A stretch of 60,551 bases of DNA, counting the filler, from Catajapyx aquilonaris (lineage: Eukaryota), in assembly GCA_000934665.2 (NCBI GenBank). It is 3 parts of 3 records of this genome, joined end to end, with 100 filler letters (N's around TTAATTAATTAA, not from the genome) between each part and the next. Parts side by side here need not be neighbours in the genome. Positions count along the whole stretch, not along the records: positions 20,212 to 40,402 come from KZ539518.1; 2 more parts are not named here. One strand, 5' to 3'. A model generated the notes under the pieces. The model had not been told where the DNA came from. It worked only from the letters and a program-made list of their open reading frames with translations, and ran no database searches. This document shows positions 25,271-39,952 of this stretch, one piece after another; position 1 is the stretch's first letter; every line of letters starts with the position of its first letter. Made by a program: the position numbers and the translations under genes.

Positions 25271-27299
25271 GAGCCAGGAAACTTCTAGCCAAATAAATTA
25301 AAATTTTCCGAAGATGACCTTTTCCTTACATATTATACTACTACACTGTGTACAGATCTAAATTCGTATTTATGCATATAGTTTTTACATGGTAAAAGAG
25401 GAATTTTATCCAAAAAATGGATGGATGCTTGCCTGGACTCTGCAGTAGGGTTTCATGGAATTCGAGAAATTCCACGATAACAGAAAATTGTTTGTAGCAT
25501 GTCTGTTTACCATAATACTGTTGCTAAACAATCGTCTATTAATTTTTGACCAACATAGTTGGAGAGGTTATTTGGATACGGCTGGAATATATGCTATGAA
25601 GTGTACAGACGCAAGAGCTGGATGTCGTCATTGTCTTCTTAGAATGTGCGTAATTCAATATGGGTATTCAGTGACGTACAGTACAAAGCACTTTCCGTCA
25701 GATTTAGTACCAAGAGCCGCTATTCACCATTGTCAGCCAATGTACCCTTATCTTTGTTTTTTTGCTCCTCCTGGGCTCTTGATAAACGCATGTACAAGAA
25801 AAGTAGACAAATATTGACGGCTGTACCATCTTGAATATTGTGTGTTGCACTAGGCCTGACTATTGTGGTTTAACAAAAGGTTTATTAATATGATGACAAT
25901 ATAAATTACAGAGTAGCACCGGTTAAAACAGCCTGTTTATATTCCAAATAAACATTGCATTACAAAATGGGTCATCAATGACGCAAAAGAAGTCCTACGC
26001 GTAAAGGGACAAGTTCAAACGAAATGGGTCATTAAATCAACGAGGGCGAGCCCGCTCTGACATTGTAATTTTTATTTTTTTAAATTAACATTTCTAATCT
26101 AATAACATGCGCAGTTTTATGTCTACAGTACACATACACTTTAAACTGGTACATTGGTTGAGTGTCTCCATACCCATCTCTAACTCACTATTTCTGGGTA
26201 GCAAACCCCCTCCGAAAAAAATCCTGCGTACGGCCCTGGCACCAACATATTGTGTTTTAGGATTCATCGCACATCAACTGTGATGAATCCCATACATAGT
26301 CTAACTTATGTAATATGCTGCCAGAAGTTTGGATCAATCCTTATTGGAATATTGATCCTGGCTCAGTGACGTAATCAGCATTTCGTTCCTGCTGGAATGA
26401 CAGGTCACTTTGGTATGAAATAATGATGAAAAATAAATACTAAAGTACCAGACGGAGGGGAGCTTAAGTCTGAAATCCTACATCGCTAGATGTACTGTAT
26501 ATCCACCATTATAGATGTCAATCCATCATGCAGTAGGCTATAATTATAGGCCTACCGTACAAAGTACGGAATATCGTGGAATTTCCGTAAGTTGACTTTG
26601 TTCCTGCAGAGAGGCCTATCTTATCATCTTGTGAGCCTCCAGATTGTTCCAAGTTTCCAGCTGCCTATCATCGTATTTTTCAATGCACTCAGACAAACAA
26701 TCATGCCTGGGTGCCATATATTTGTCACAATCACCATCTGGACGGCGACCGATAAGCTAATAGTTGTCAAGTGGTGACATAATGAACCCATCTATCTACG
26801 ACATGTATCTACTTTGGCCATATAAGGAGAAGCGGCAGTTATCAAGTAGATACTTGAAACAGATATCTGATACTGAATTCTGCCATTATCTGCAAGCTGA
26901 GGCATATACGTCACCTTTAATGCTCGTGTTTAAAGGATTTAGCAAATTTGAAGAAAAAATAATTAGCTCCTTAAGAAACTGCATGTGACAAAAGGCAACA
27001 GCAGAAAGACAAACCTACGCAACCCACAAAAGCTTAATTGATAGGGCAGAGAGACACTAACCAATCTAGTTCAGAGGATCTGTACAAGTCATTGACCAAA
27101 TGTGGGATCCGGTGGGATCATTGGCATCCCAGACACTGAAAATATATCATTGCACAAGATTAGGTCAGGCTACTACGAGGTTTGAAGCCTGAGCCTGAGG
27201 TGTAGACTACAGTATGCAACAAAATGGAAATGCATCGCCATTTTCGTGTTCCTTAGGTCACTCGTAACTCATAATGATAATTCATTTTGTCTTCGTATT

Positions 27300-29072
27300 T
27301 TTTTTTATCTCGGGGCAGTCAAAAAACCAAAATCTTCAAATATAGGGGTTTTTCTCAATCAAGTGGGCCTACTCTAAATGTTGCCGCTATACCATCTCGG
27401 ATTTTGCTGAAAATCAGAGCTATGCCATAACGACGGTATACAGGGTATAGGGCCGTTCCATGGAATTTGAAACCATGTCTCATTTTTTAAAGTGTTAAAT
27501 AAAAATTGCATTACCATCATTAATTAATGTACAGATTGTGCTCTTTCCAATGGTATTATTTATATTTGTGTCAAAAAATATCTAGGACTATAGTAATTGA
27601 CTATTATTTTGAAGTGCAGTACCGTATGTAAAGGTATTCAGCAAATATTTTGTCTTTTTGAGAATTAATTACACCATTAAATCATTAATGATTATTTAAA
27701 AAAATCTAATATAGCAACCAAATTTTAACACATACGTACTATTACATAACACTTCAAAATATATCATTATATCTCATTCGTGCATGCTATTCAGCTGCCA
27801 TTGAATAAATAAAATCTCAATGTCACATACGTGATATAAACTACTTGCAATTGTTGTTGTGGGCGGCTCATTCATGCAGCAAATAATGTTTTCTTATCAC
27901 CAATGCAAAGTTAGTTTGGCTATATCATCAGGAAAAAAATTGACATATTTTTTACATAATTAGTTTGACAGTTATAAGTGATCACGTATGTGACAAACCC
28001 AATCACGTATGTGACAGTAATAAAATTTGTCATCTACCTCTCATTTCAACCTGAATACAAATCAAAAATAATCGTTTGGACTGATGGTCCACTAGTGAAA
28101 TTAAGAAACAGTACATAGCTCACCTGCACGAACAAAATTAAAATTTTCAACAAAATCTATTGGAAAAATAAAATCGAAATCTATCGAAATGTTTAGTTTA
28201 CTACTTCTTTAAAACCGATTTCAGGGGAAAAACGCGTACAAATGTCACATACGTGATCATGGAACAGCCCTATATCAAGTTCCAGCCACATTGCGAAATA
28301 CCGTGGGGAGGGAAAAAATCCGGAATATTTGGAAATGGGGCCTTTATTGGATAAATTTTTTTCGGTTATTGGAATTGGTCAAAACCCAATCAACATATAC
28401 ATCAAATGAAAGAGAAACGCGAGTAGAATGCGCCTATGGCGTTTATTTTTCTCAAAAATGCACCCAGAAAAACATGGGTGGCATTCCATCGGTCGTATGC
28501 TCAGTCGCATGTCCAAGAATTGTGACCTCAACAATTAGGGATGCATTTGCGTAAGAGCAGTCATATTTGGTGACACGAGTTGTGACCAATACAAGATGTA
28601 ATATGTTCAGTTTCAAGCCTGGGTCACGCAGGGATCGCAATAAAATAACAGATATGTTTTGCAGATATGTCATTACTATTCAAGGACCCAAATTCTTGGA
28701 CATATATGTGACCCATCGAATGCTACACACGTTTTTCTGGTCACATTTTTCAGAGGGGAAAAAATTCATAGGCACATTCTCCTCGTGCTTATCTTTCAGT
28801 TGGTGTATATGTTGATTGGGTTTTGAACACTTTCACTAACCGAAAAAATGACCCAAAAAATGCCAAATTTCCAAAATGTTGCTATTTCTTCCCTCCCCAC
28901 GGTATTTCGCAATTTTGCCGATACTTTACACGCAGTGTTATGGCATAGGTGTGTACAGCTGTGATTATTTTCAGCGAAATCCGAGATGGTCTAGCAACAT
29001 TTAGGCCCACTTGATTCGGAAAACCCCCTATATTTAAGGATTTGGGGTTTTTGATTGCCCCGGAGGTCAAAA
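27300..29072. mobile_element. Long diverged fold-back element containing a nested MITE
   Basis: 27310-27430 is inverted at 28937-29062. 28290-28400 is inverted at 28800-28912. Ends are approximate. Confidence 0.65.
27450..28270. mobile_element. AT-rich MITE nested in the fold-back element
   Basis: TATA|GGGCCGTTCCATG ... CATGGAACAGCCC|TATA. Internal repeated motif TCACGTATGTGACA in both orientations. Confidence 0.65.
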
Positions 29073-29206
29073 ACAGGATTTTGCAGTAATCTTTACACTA
29101 TGGCTTTATGCAATAAAACTTTGATAAATCAGGTATATCAGCTAATGATACACGTGCTAGCCTTCATAATATTATTTTAAGAAACATAATGGCTTTGATT
29201 ATTTTA

Positions 29207-29919
29207 CAGGGTCATCGAAAAAGAATGTCCCAATTTGAAAACTCGAAAACACGAAAACTCGTCGACATATCTTAATTATTTAAGTTTTGAAATGATCAGA
29301 ACTTCAGAAGTGTCTAAAGTTTTGGCCTTACTATAATTATTTCCGATATGAGCTCCATTTAAAATTTAAATGCGGTAATCGGTGTCGTGCCAAACCCGCT
29401 CAGGCATGTCTGGCGTTACCGTTGCAATCTTATCCCGTAGGTGCTGGTGATGCCGGATCTTTTCACCATACATGTGTCTCCACGAAAAAGTCCATTGGAG
29501 TAAGATCTGGGCTTCTGGAGGGGCTAGACATAGCGCAACTTCTCATTAAAGACTTCGCACACTGGGAGGCTGAACAAATGAAACTTTCCTATGGCAAGTT
29601 TGTTTCATGGATGAGGCGACTTTTTATGTGAATCATCAAGAACAGTGTGTGTGGTGTAAATGCCCAAGATATCCAGCACCTACGGGATAGAATTGCAACG
29701 GTAACTCCAGATATGATTGATAGGGTTTGGCACAACACCGATTACCGCCTTATTTATCTGCCAAGCAACATATGAAGCTCATATTGAAACAAACTATAAG
29801 GTGGGACCAAAACTTTGAACCTTTCTTATCATTGCAAAACTTAAATCATTCAGATACTATGTCTACAGTTTCCGAGTTATAGGGTTTTCAAATTGGGACA
29901 TTCTTTTTCGATGACCATG
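29207..29919. mobile_element. Tc1/mariner-type fold-back MITE, family F1, uninterrupted copy
   Basis: TA|CAGGGTCATCGAAAAAGAATGTCCCAATTTG ... CAAATTGGGACATTCTTTTTCGATGACCATG|TA. The left arm on the minus strand encodes PSRSPDLTPMDFF, and both arms encode HLRD(K/R)IATVTPDM. Confidence 0.88.
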
Positions 29920-30265
29920 TACTACAGGTGTTTGTGATACCGCGAGTGGTTCGGAATTAACCTGATGCAGTGTCGGTACAAATCTCGCAGCAGACGCTTA
30001 TTTGCAGTGTCTCTTTTTACTAATTATTTTGGTGTTAAGATAGACTTGATAGAGGATGCAACTCCAACGTTTGATACTGATTTCCTTGTAGGCCTAATCG
30101 TGAGACTAAACACGGACTAAACACTAAAGGGTTGTAGATTGAAGAGCCCCATTCCAAAGTGTTTTGAATACATGATTGAAGAAAAGTATATACGTCTGGC
30201 GGCAGTTTACAGCTTTACACAGTGTATTACAAATTGTGGCTACATATCACTGAATGACTAATGAA

Positions 30266-30680
30266 GGGCGACACGGTGTCGGAGTGGTTAGCCCCGCAGC
30301 CTCCCATCTCTAGTTTACACAATCACTTTTCTAACGTAAGTAGGAACGGTCAGCCAGTCAGAATGCTCCCTGCTGCTACTTTCTAATATCGGAGAGCATT
30401 CTGATTGTCTGACCGCTACTTACGTTAGGAAAGTGATCGTGTAAACTAGCCTTAAGGTCCCGAGTTCGATCCCCGGATCGGACAGAGGATAGTTATGTGG
30501 ATAGAGTTTCGATGGGTTCTCTCCGTGTTCGCGTGGGTTTTCTCGGGGTTCTCCCTTTTCCTCCCACTATCAAAATCCATCACAGCAAAGGCAATGATTA
30601 AAGTCGGTCAATTAAAAGATGATCCCCTAAAAAGTCCAAGGAGGCTTATCACGGGGTATCCATTATCATTATCATTACGT
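30266..30680 (+). mobile_element. SINE family A, copy 3, interrupted by a MITE
   Basis: Head GGGCGACACGGTGTCGGAGTGGTTAGC, V-like core, (CATTAT)n tail. About 20-bp TSD TACATATCA(CA)CTGAATGACTA. Confidence 0.85.
30310..30451. mobile_element. Palindromic PIF/Harbinger-like MITE inside the SINE head
   Basis: CTAGTTTACACAATCACTTT..TAACGTAAGTAG versus CTACTTACGTTAGGAAAGTGATCGTGTAAACTAGCC|TTA. It splits the SINE motif CCACCTC/TAAGGTCCCG. Confidence 0.75.
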
Positions 30681-30972
30681 AGTACATATCACACTGAATG
30701 ACTATTGACTGAATCACTAAAATGACGATTCCAAAATTCGAGACCCATCTTGTACTGTACTTTGGCCTCCATAAAATACATACTATACATATCAATTCCA
30801 AGTAGTCTTATCTCCTTCAACTCATTTTTATTTAATCAATTACACATTCTTGGCTTTTATCGGTTAATTTTGGCAGTTGCATGTAATTCGCAAGCCTCTG
30901 CCAACGAACGAGCATTTTTGAGAGACACTGAACAGGAAAATCATACTGTTCGATACGTAATCAACACAATAA

Positions 30973-31263
30973 TCGATGGGTTCTATCCGTGCTCGCGTGG
31001 GTTTTCCCCGGGTTCTCCCGTTTCCTCCCATAATCAAAGTCCATAACAGCGCAGGCAAATGATCAATGTCGGCGAATGAAAATATAGGATCCCCTATCTA
31101 AAAGGCCCAAGGAGGTGATGTGATGGGTTTTGATTGTGGGAGGAACGTGAGAGCCCCGAGAAAACCCACGCGAAAGCGGAGAGAACCCATCAAAATTCTA
31201 TCCACGTAAGCATCCTCTGCCCGATCCGAGGATCGAACTCGGGACCTCAGAGGTAGAAGGCTG
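30973..31263. mobile_element. Two partial SINE family A copies in opposite orientation
   Basis: About 30973-31115 is a + strand copy lacking the head. About 31118-31263 is a - strand copy lacking the tail. Confidence 0.7.
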
Positions 31264-31960
31264 TGATCGTTGAAGTTAATTAAAATAATACTCGAATGTC
31301 GCCTTTAATGACTTAACCAATAAACCTATAACCGAATGGATAAAAACCACTCGCACTGGCTGTAACCAACTACTCTGTATACATCTCTATAGTATACGTA
31401 CACTACCGTACACCATTGAACATGCAAAAAAAATCCTGTATTATTGTAAATGCATAAAATAGGTCACCTGCGATCTGATACTTTACTTGATCAACGTGTA
31501 ATTCATAAGTGCATATTACAACCTGCACTGTTCGATAAAGTAGACTGTATGAGTAATCAAGTCTTAGACCATAGCATGTCAAGCAAACCTATTGCAGATA
31601 ATATACTGTATGTGAAATCGTTTTTCACTATATAGCTTCTACCTTGTGGTACTACTGTAGCATGGCCAAACGATAGATACCACACTATATGCACCGTTGT
31701 CAGAGAAGTGGCCACAAAAGTAATCTTAGTCTATGGGTCAACAATCACAGCGGTTTTCGAATATCCTGGTATGGGACAGAGTCCCTCTCTTGCGTTAGTG
31801 CAACCCGTATACCCATTGGTTCATCTTATCGTAGGAAGAAAAAAATCAGAGCGACTCTCATGTGAACCCTGAAGGACCCCCCATCTTTTCTTCAGGCAAG
31901 GGGACAGTTCGGATGTGGATAAGCTGCAGGAAACTCACACTTTCATTCTACTCAGCAATC

Positions 31961-34900
31961 ATGACGAGTGTACAACCTGTACCTACCGCAAATGGTCAAA
32001 CTGAAGCTTTTTTGCCGGGTAAGTATTTGTGTTCATTAGTTTAGATTTCAGAACATGTCACAGCTACATGTTCTCGACTATGTGATACAGTAAAAATACG
32101 GCCATTATTAATAGTCTAGCAATACCGGTATATAATATATTTTTTGTGGCATCGGTTGATTTACTTCCATTTGCTTGTACTAAAGGCTTCTGCTTATTTG
32201 ACTTTGTGAATTCATACCTCTAATCAGACAACTTGCGGGTATGCCAGTAATCGTAGATAAGGTGCATCATGTCAGCACCCTTAATAAAAGATGGCCTGCA
32301 GGGGAGCTGCAGGGTTTGAATCAGTTGTGCCAAGTGTTGCTATAGCGCTGCCCCTGCGCTGCCCTTATTAGAAGTAGAAGGAGAGTACGAAGTTCAGAGT
32401 TAGGATAGGTTAGTTAAGTATCACCGATTACAGTTCAACCTTTACTATTTGTATATCCGAAGAGGAAATGGCCTTGACGACCTTCATGCCTGCATGTGAG
32501 CGTAACTCCAAGACGTCAAGGTTAATAATTTTGTGTACCGTATTTCAAATAATTATTCCCCTAGCAGAGTGGAACCTTTTCCAAATTAAAATTAAAATAG
32601 TGACGGGATTCAGCTTATTGTACGGATATTTTAATACTCGTAATAATACTGATTGCATTGCTGACATTGCATCAAGTTGATACTTTTGTGCCCGAGTGCA
32701 CCCGCCACATATGAGTTGGTCAGAACCGAAGGCTCAATAATTCTCATGCTCCACTCCGTATCCCCGCTCCCTCTTCTCCCTCCTTACCCCCTTCAGGGTG
32801 ACAACCGGACTGATGACAATTCGCAACTTTTTCGCCGATACATTGCACTTCAGTTATGAAACACACGGTATAATATAATTATGATCTGCATCGATTGACT
32901 GTTTACATCGCAAGTTGACATATATGTGACGTCATAGATGTGTAACAAAAATACGCTTTTGATAATAGTTTTTGATTGGTATCCGTTGGAGCGTTTGCTT
33001 TATATTTCGAATTTTATTTTTGCAAATTACGACGCTTCAATGTCTAGCAATGCAAGGAATAATTTCACGTGTATGATCTCATTGCATAAAGTTATTCGTC
33101 GGTCCTACAATAACTGCCATATTACGTAACAACCATTAATAGGCTCCTCTATATAGCGAGTAGCCTATGGATATTTACTAACTGCTTTGCACACATACTC
33201 CATAAGTGTCACCTTGAGAGTCGTCCGCCCATGTCATATTATTCTATTCGGCAAATTGCCACGGATTAATAATGCACAGTATATTAGAGTTGGCCCAAGC
33301 TACGAGTATCGTAAATGCCCATCCAGACGTTCAAGAAACCGCGTGACCCGAGGATCATGGAGGACGAGCACCAACGAAGGGGCTGCGAAGGATCTACAGT
33401 AATTCAGTAAATGACATGTTCTGCGACCCACAGGCTTGAAACACAGCTCCGTCAACATAATATGCAGCACCACAAATAAATAAATAATAACATTCTTAAA
33501 TATTCTCCTGTAATAATTTTGATATGAAAAAGATTGGCCTGCATCCGACCTATAGCACTTGTAGTATGTAGTTGCAACTCTTGCAAACGTACCCCGCCTA
33601 TAGCAAAAATGAATGTAGGCATTCGGCCTAGAGAAAAGCGTGAAAACCTGTTCCATAAAAAGCCTGAAGCTACACGACCTAGAATCCAGTGGAGGCGTCT
33701 GATTGGAGCTAGTGCATTGAGTTGAAAGCATATGAACTGCGCGCACTCCGCCTGCAGCAGGGCTCCCATATCCTACCTATTCACCTTTCCTTTTTTGTTT
33801 TATCTCTTTTCCCACTTTCCCTGCTGGTTGGATCAGTTGGCTGGAGCAGGGACAACACCACACTCGGGTTCGTGTCCTGTGTCAATAGGAAATCATCAAG
33901 GTATGAAGAACAACAGGTCAGATCATTATTCAAACTGATTTGACAGGGAAGGGAGGCAGGCCTCTATTGATCAGCAGGCAGCAGCAGGTGCTCTACACTC
34001 AACATAGTCGATAAAATACTCCTTGTTACGGTACGGTAGTAGCAGTATCAAGCTGATTCAAAAGGAAGTTTCGCGATCAAGATGCAGCTGCTTCATGCAA
34101 GTGTAACAATGATGCTCTCATGGAAATGAAAATAACCATGTGTGAAAAAGCGACAAAAATACCTAGTTTATAGTTATATTCCATGTGGGGACACTGCAAT
34201 GATCTGTTTTCATTTCAGAGAGAAATGGGGTTTTAGAGAACAATTCTCATGATCATATAAAGAAAGTCAGCCCGGAGAGTAAGCAAGTGAACGGGAAGCC
34301 AATCACTATGGATGACAATGAGCATGCTATCATCACGGAAGTGGCCAAATTGATCAAGGAATCGGGACTTTTGTCCGAATTTCCGAGGTCTGAAAAGGTG
34401 GTTGAATTTCAACACCCAGCTAACCTGCAGGTAAATTACACAGTATACATGTTATACCTACCGGGAAGCTATAAGATAATTAATTTCTGCAAAAACCTAT
34501 CCTAATTATGTCAGCATAAAAAGCGTGCCAAGTTCCTACACATCTCTCAAGAACATAGCCAGAGAACTGTGTAGCCTGTGCATGATAATAGGCCTACCGT
34601 TATTTTGTAATGGTAATCAATTTTTGTTTAATTCTTATTCAGGATGTATTGGACTTAAAAATCGGTAAGGATGGAGTGGACCATTCACGGCTGATGCAAA
34701 TTTGCAAGAATACCATTGCGTACAGTGTCAAGACTTCGCATCCATATTTTTTCAATCAACTTTACCATGCCGTTGATCCGTATGGATTAGCTGGAGCTTG
34801 GCTTACAGAATCCCTCAACACAAGTCAGTAAGTGCCAAATATGCAGGACTAGGCTATTATTTCCCAAACCTAATTGCAAAAAACACTATAACAACTGACT

Positions 34901-37900
34901 CTAAACGTGTCATTGATACAACTTTAGTACTTATAATAGCATATTAAACGGCCCATTTTTGCGTCTGGCTTGAGTGTAATGAAATTCAATCGGCCATAAA
35001 AATTGCGATGAAACATTTAAATTACAACTTCAGCAATTAGTGTGATTTATTTAGAGCATTTAATAATTATTATAATGTTCTACTGACTTCTTTCAGATAC
35101 ACTTTTGAAGTTGCGCCCGTATTCACTTTGACTGAACTGCAAATATTGCACCACATGCTGCAGAAAATTGGGTTCCAAAACGGCGACGGAATTTTTGCTC
35201 CAGGTATAACATTCACCAGTTCTAATTTTAACGTCTCCTCGAAACCCGAGAACAACACACGTGACAACTCGTCACTCGAGTCAAGGAGGTTATAGTATGT
35301 GCACAGCTTCCACTGATGGTTGATAAATAGATATGAGTCCATTACCTCGTAGTTCAGGGAGGAAGGTTCAGGAGATACTGAATATTATATGCATCGGCTT
35401 GTATCTCTTGAGGGAAGAGAGGAAGCAATGCACTATTCAAAATAGCGGAGTAACAAAGTGCGAAACACTTTATCATGTTGTGTTGCAAGAACCCAGATCC
35501 TCTTAAATCATTTGTAAATCATGGCATCTGGTGTGAAGTAATTATTGGTAAACTGACCCCCCCCCCCNNNNNNNNNNNNNNNNNNNNNNNNNNNNNNNNN
35601 NNNNCCCCCCCCCCTCCCCCCAATGGTTCACGCACTAACTTAATACAGTAGTTTCCCTTTGCTCAATATGTGTTGGGCTCCTTGTAAGACAACTCGCGAC
35701 AACTCGTATGAAAACTCGCCTTATTACAATGTGCAGATGTGGTTTTTTTCGGTAAGACGGCAGTACAAGTCTACGTTTATTATATCTGTGTCCCTATTAA
35801 ACAACATTTATAATTTAATATACAAACATTCCAATCCAACCTACAAATGTGACAGGTTCTAATGATAATAATCTTTGATTTTAATCAGGTGGTAGCATTT
35901 CCAACATGTACGGAATCGTCTTAGCGAGGTACAAAAAGTTTCCTGAGGCGAAAACAAAAGGAATATGCAACATGAAACCACTCGTCATTTTCACATCACA
36001 AGATGTAAGTGCATAATTGTCTCAATGTGTGAATTATATTTGAATTAGTGGTTCTTCACTCACACATAAACTGTAGAACCTGATGTGAGCTAATTTTTTT
36101 GCCAATGACCGTAATAATATGTCTTTATGTGGCATGAAAAATATTGAACAGAATACACTATGCCTTATTTCTTGTATAGCCTACTCCTAAACAAGCACAC
36201 AATAATAATCGCTTTGTTACAGAGCCATTACTCCATCATGAAGTCAGCTCACTGGGTTGGTGTGGGTACTGATAATGTGGTGAAAGTGAAAACTGATGAC
36301 GGAGGACGAATGATTCCAAAAGAGCTGGAAAAATGTGTTATTGCGTCCATTAGCGAAGGAAACCTGCCATTTTTTGTGAACGCCACAGCTGGCACGACAG
36401 TCTTGGGAGCATATGATCCTCTCCATCCTATTGCTGATATTTGTGCCAAATATGACCTGTGGCTCCATCTGGATGTAAGTATGGACTAAAAATCACGTTA
36501 CGACATATTCGTAGCATGCAAGAGGAGAAGCAGGTTAAGTTGGGGTAAGTGCGGCCGGATTTTGATTAAGTGCAGTTTAAAGGCATGCTATACTTCCTCA
36601 GTAATTAGCAAGTGAGAAAAAGTAATGGACAATATACCTTATCTTATTGGCTTTCAAGGTGGCCTATTGCATAACAATCATCTATGTGGGTGCCCCGAAA
36701 AACAATTAAAATATGCACGTGATGCACAGGGCCGCACTTTCCCCACGATATGGGGTAAGTGCGATTGTGGGATTCTCTCAGATGAATAAACATTGCTCGG
36801 GTTGGATAGGACTATAGTGCCACAAAGACACAAACTTCCTCCGTCAGTCTGCCTTTCCGAATAAAAAATTCCAAGAAGTTCTTACAGGACGAACTTTTAT
36901 TCACTGCTCCCGCAACAGGTTGGCCAACAGCACTGGAATTATCTCATTAAAATGCATTACGTGGAAGTGTTTGCACACCAGTGTTCGAAATTAGCCAGTC
37001 TCCAGTCGCGGAATATCCATTCTTGGTGACCACAAAAAGATGTTGTCTTGTAGCCTCTTTTGCCGAAAACTAGCTTTATTCCTCAAACATTGCATTTCGA
37101 TCCACATACCCGTATTAATTGGGTACGCACTTGCCCCTGATCGTGCCTAGTTAGGGGCTAACCCGCTTTTTAAAAACCATCCTAATTATTCCACCAAAAC
37201 GGAACAATAACAGCGTACAGTGACGGAGCGGTTACGCAGCATGAGATACAAGACTCGTCAGATATTTTGCAAAAAATACGTACATACTCCGCTGGAAAAG
37301 TTAAAACGCCACCTTGAACCTGGCGGCAATTTTTAGTAATGTTACGAAAGGAAGATTATCGTGCTACTTTTAGATGAGTGGGCAAAGCTCGCCGTGAACG
37401 TCTACGTGATTTTCAATAGCGCCTCCCACCTTGTGCTACATATTAGAAGCAATTCCCAATTGTCGCACTTACCCCAACTTACTCTAGTGTTTTTTGGACG
37501 GATTTACGCCGTATCTTACATTTGACTGTCATGAAATTAATAAATATTGCCTTTACTACACAGATGTTACTGGGCAAAATGGACATCATTTTCTGGATAT
37601 TCAGCACACGATGTGTATATTATTGAAATCCGGAGACCACCCACTCCGGATCGCTCACCACGATAACTGAATGGCATAATAATAATTATGAGGGTTGGAA
37701 AGACGCGGAGTTGTCATATGTCATGCATGAGAGATGAGACCCAAGGTACCACAAAATAATCAAGCAAGCAAGACAAATCCGCCTCTTGTCGAGTATCACC
37801 TAAGTTAATAGCCCTCAGTTTTAACCGTTTATAACGGTGGGCGATCCGGAGTGCATTGGAGCTGCCTTTCAAAGAAAGATGGACAATAACCACATTCATC

Positions 37901-39871
37901 ACCGTGCAGTATAAATACGAGTTCGTAGTTCACGTAGAACTCTCCTCAATGTGGGTTAACAGAAGCTGTTAACGCTTTAACCGCCACGGCGTTGCCGTTA
38001 CTGCAACACCGCTTGACTTAATCATATATTTTTTTAAACAATATCTCACCAAGGCGATGTGTTAGCACCATGCCGCATATATCATTCGAACAGCACTGAA
38101 TCGCTGCTCCCGCCACATCTACTGCGCAGCTCCCAGTCTAGGCCGTGCGTAGCATAATAGCTACAACTATTTCTACGCATCTACTTGCGGGTCGGAAAAA
38201 ACGTAGCGGTGAAATTTACGGGTTCAAAAACGCTTATATGCAAAATATAGCTTAGAATCCGATCTAAATCATTTCTCAAGTCCCAGAATTGAGCTGGAAT
38301 TTATACAATCTCTATCACTGCGCATAGAACTCTTTCCAATATGGCCGCCGGAAGATGACGCCATCCGAAAAATTCCGACAAAGCACTTGAGCATGTGATT
38401 TTTGTGGTGAATTTTGAGGTTTTTGCTAGTGAATATGCCGAAAACCGAATTCATTTATGATTTATAGATTTTCTGCAAAGAAATCCCAAAAATTTTGTCC
38501 GGAATTGTCCGTGGAGGACGGACACGGCGAGGAGAGAAAAATATTTCGATCAAAAATTGATATCCGGTTTTGCAAGTCACCTCCTCAGATGCAGTAATGT
38601 TCGAATGTAATTTTTAGCTGTTGGTAATCAGTAGGCTAATATAGGACGGTAAATTTCAATATGTTCTTTAAGCTTTTGTATGCGTGTCATTGTAACTATC
38701 ATTATTATAGACCTACTACGTTTTCTTTTTGAAAGAGCGATTATTATTTGGTGATATGGAAAAACTCCTGGCTAAAGGTGTGTTTCCAAGCTCGCCAGAA
38801 CGAGAGTTTTCTGCAGCGTTGCTTTACTTTTTCAGGGTGCCTGGGGCGGCTCAGCAATTCTATCTACACAGTACAAAGTCCTAGTAAAAGGCATTGAAAG
38901 GTGATAACCACCACTGATACTATCTATTTCAAAAAGGTTTTCACCTCAATTGGCCCTTAAATTGCACAAATACTGCTGCATTTGAAAATTTACATCATAT
39001 AAGTTACACTAAGAAGAACTAATTCAAGGACTCTAATATTGTGTAAAAATAATTCCTAATGCCAACGATACAAATAAAAGGTAATCCATTTAAAATTAAA
39101 ATGACTGAAAAGGGAGCTACAGTACCGTAGTTTATAATTTTTAATTGTCACGTATGCAAGGTCAAAAATTTCCATAGTGACTAAATGAAGCATCAGATAC
39201 TTCGTTATCTGTAAATAATTTTAAAAGTGTGATTGCAACAGTGAGATGCGGCCATTTCAATATTAAAGCGGATTATCTTCTACTTCGATCATTGACACCA
39301 GGAATTATTTTTACCCAGTGAGAGTCCATGACTCCGAATTTTTTAAATATATACTTTATGACATGAATTTTTATGCATCAGTATTTGATTTGTGCAATTC
39401 AGGTGCCACTGAGGTGACCACATTTTTGGATTGGATGGTAAAGTACTATGAATGGCATTGGTCACACTATTGTGTAATTGTTTCAGAGTGGATTCCGTTG
39501 CTGTGGATCTTCACAAGATGCTAGGCGCACCTCTCCAATGTGCTGCATTTCTCATAAAAGAAAAGGTAAGTGTTACTAAGGTAACAATTCACCGTTAATA
39601 AGGTGACCTATGAAGAAGCAAAATGCAGAATGATCAGTGACAATTTGGTCATAATAAATTGAGTTCGATATTGATTTATAGAGTAATACGAAAGGTACTT
39701 TCTGAGAGTGAAGTAAGTTGTTTAATAGGGAAATTACATGTCCATAGATGTATTAATTGTGAAAAATAATTATCCTTTCAAATCTCAAATCTTCTGAGCT
39801 CGAAATAAATCCAATGTAACTCCGATCGTTCTGCACATGGAAGGTCTTGTTATCTAACTGCAGAATGAAAC

Positions 39872-39952
<81 letters not shown>

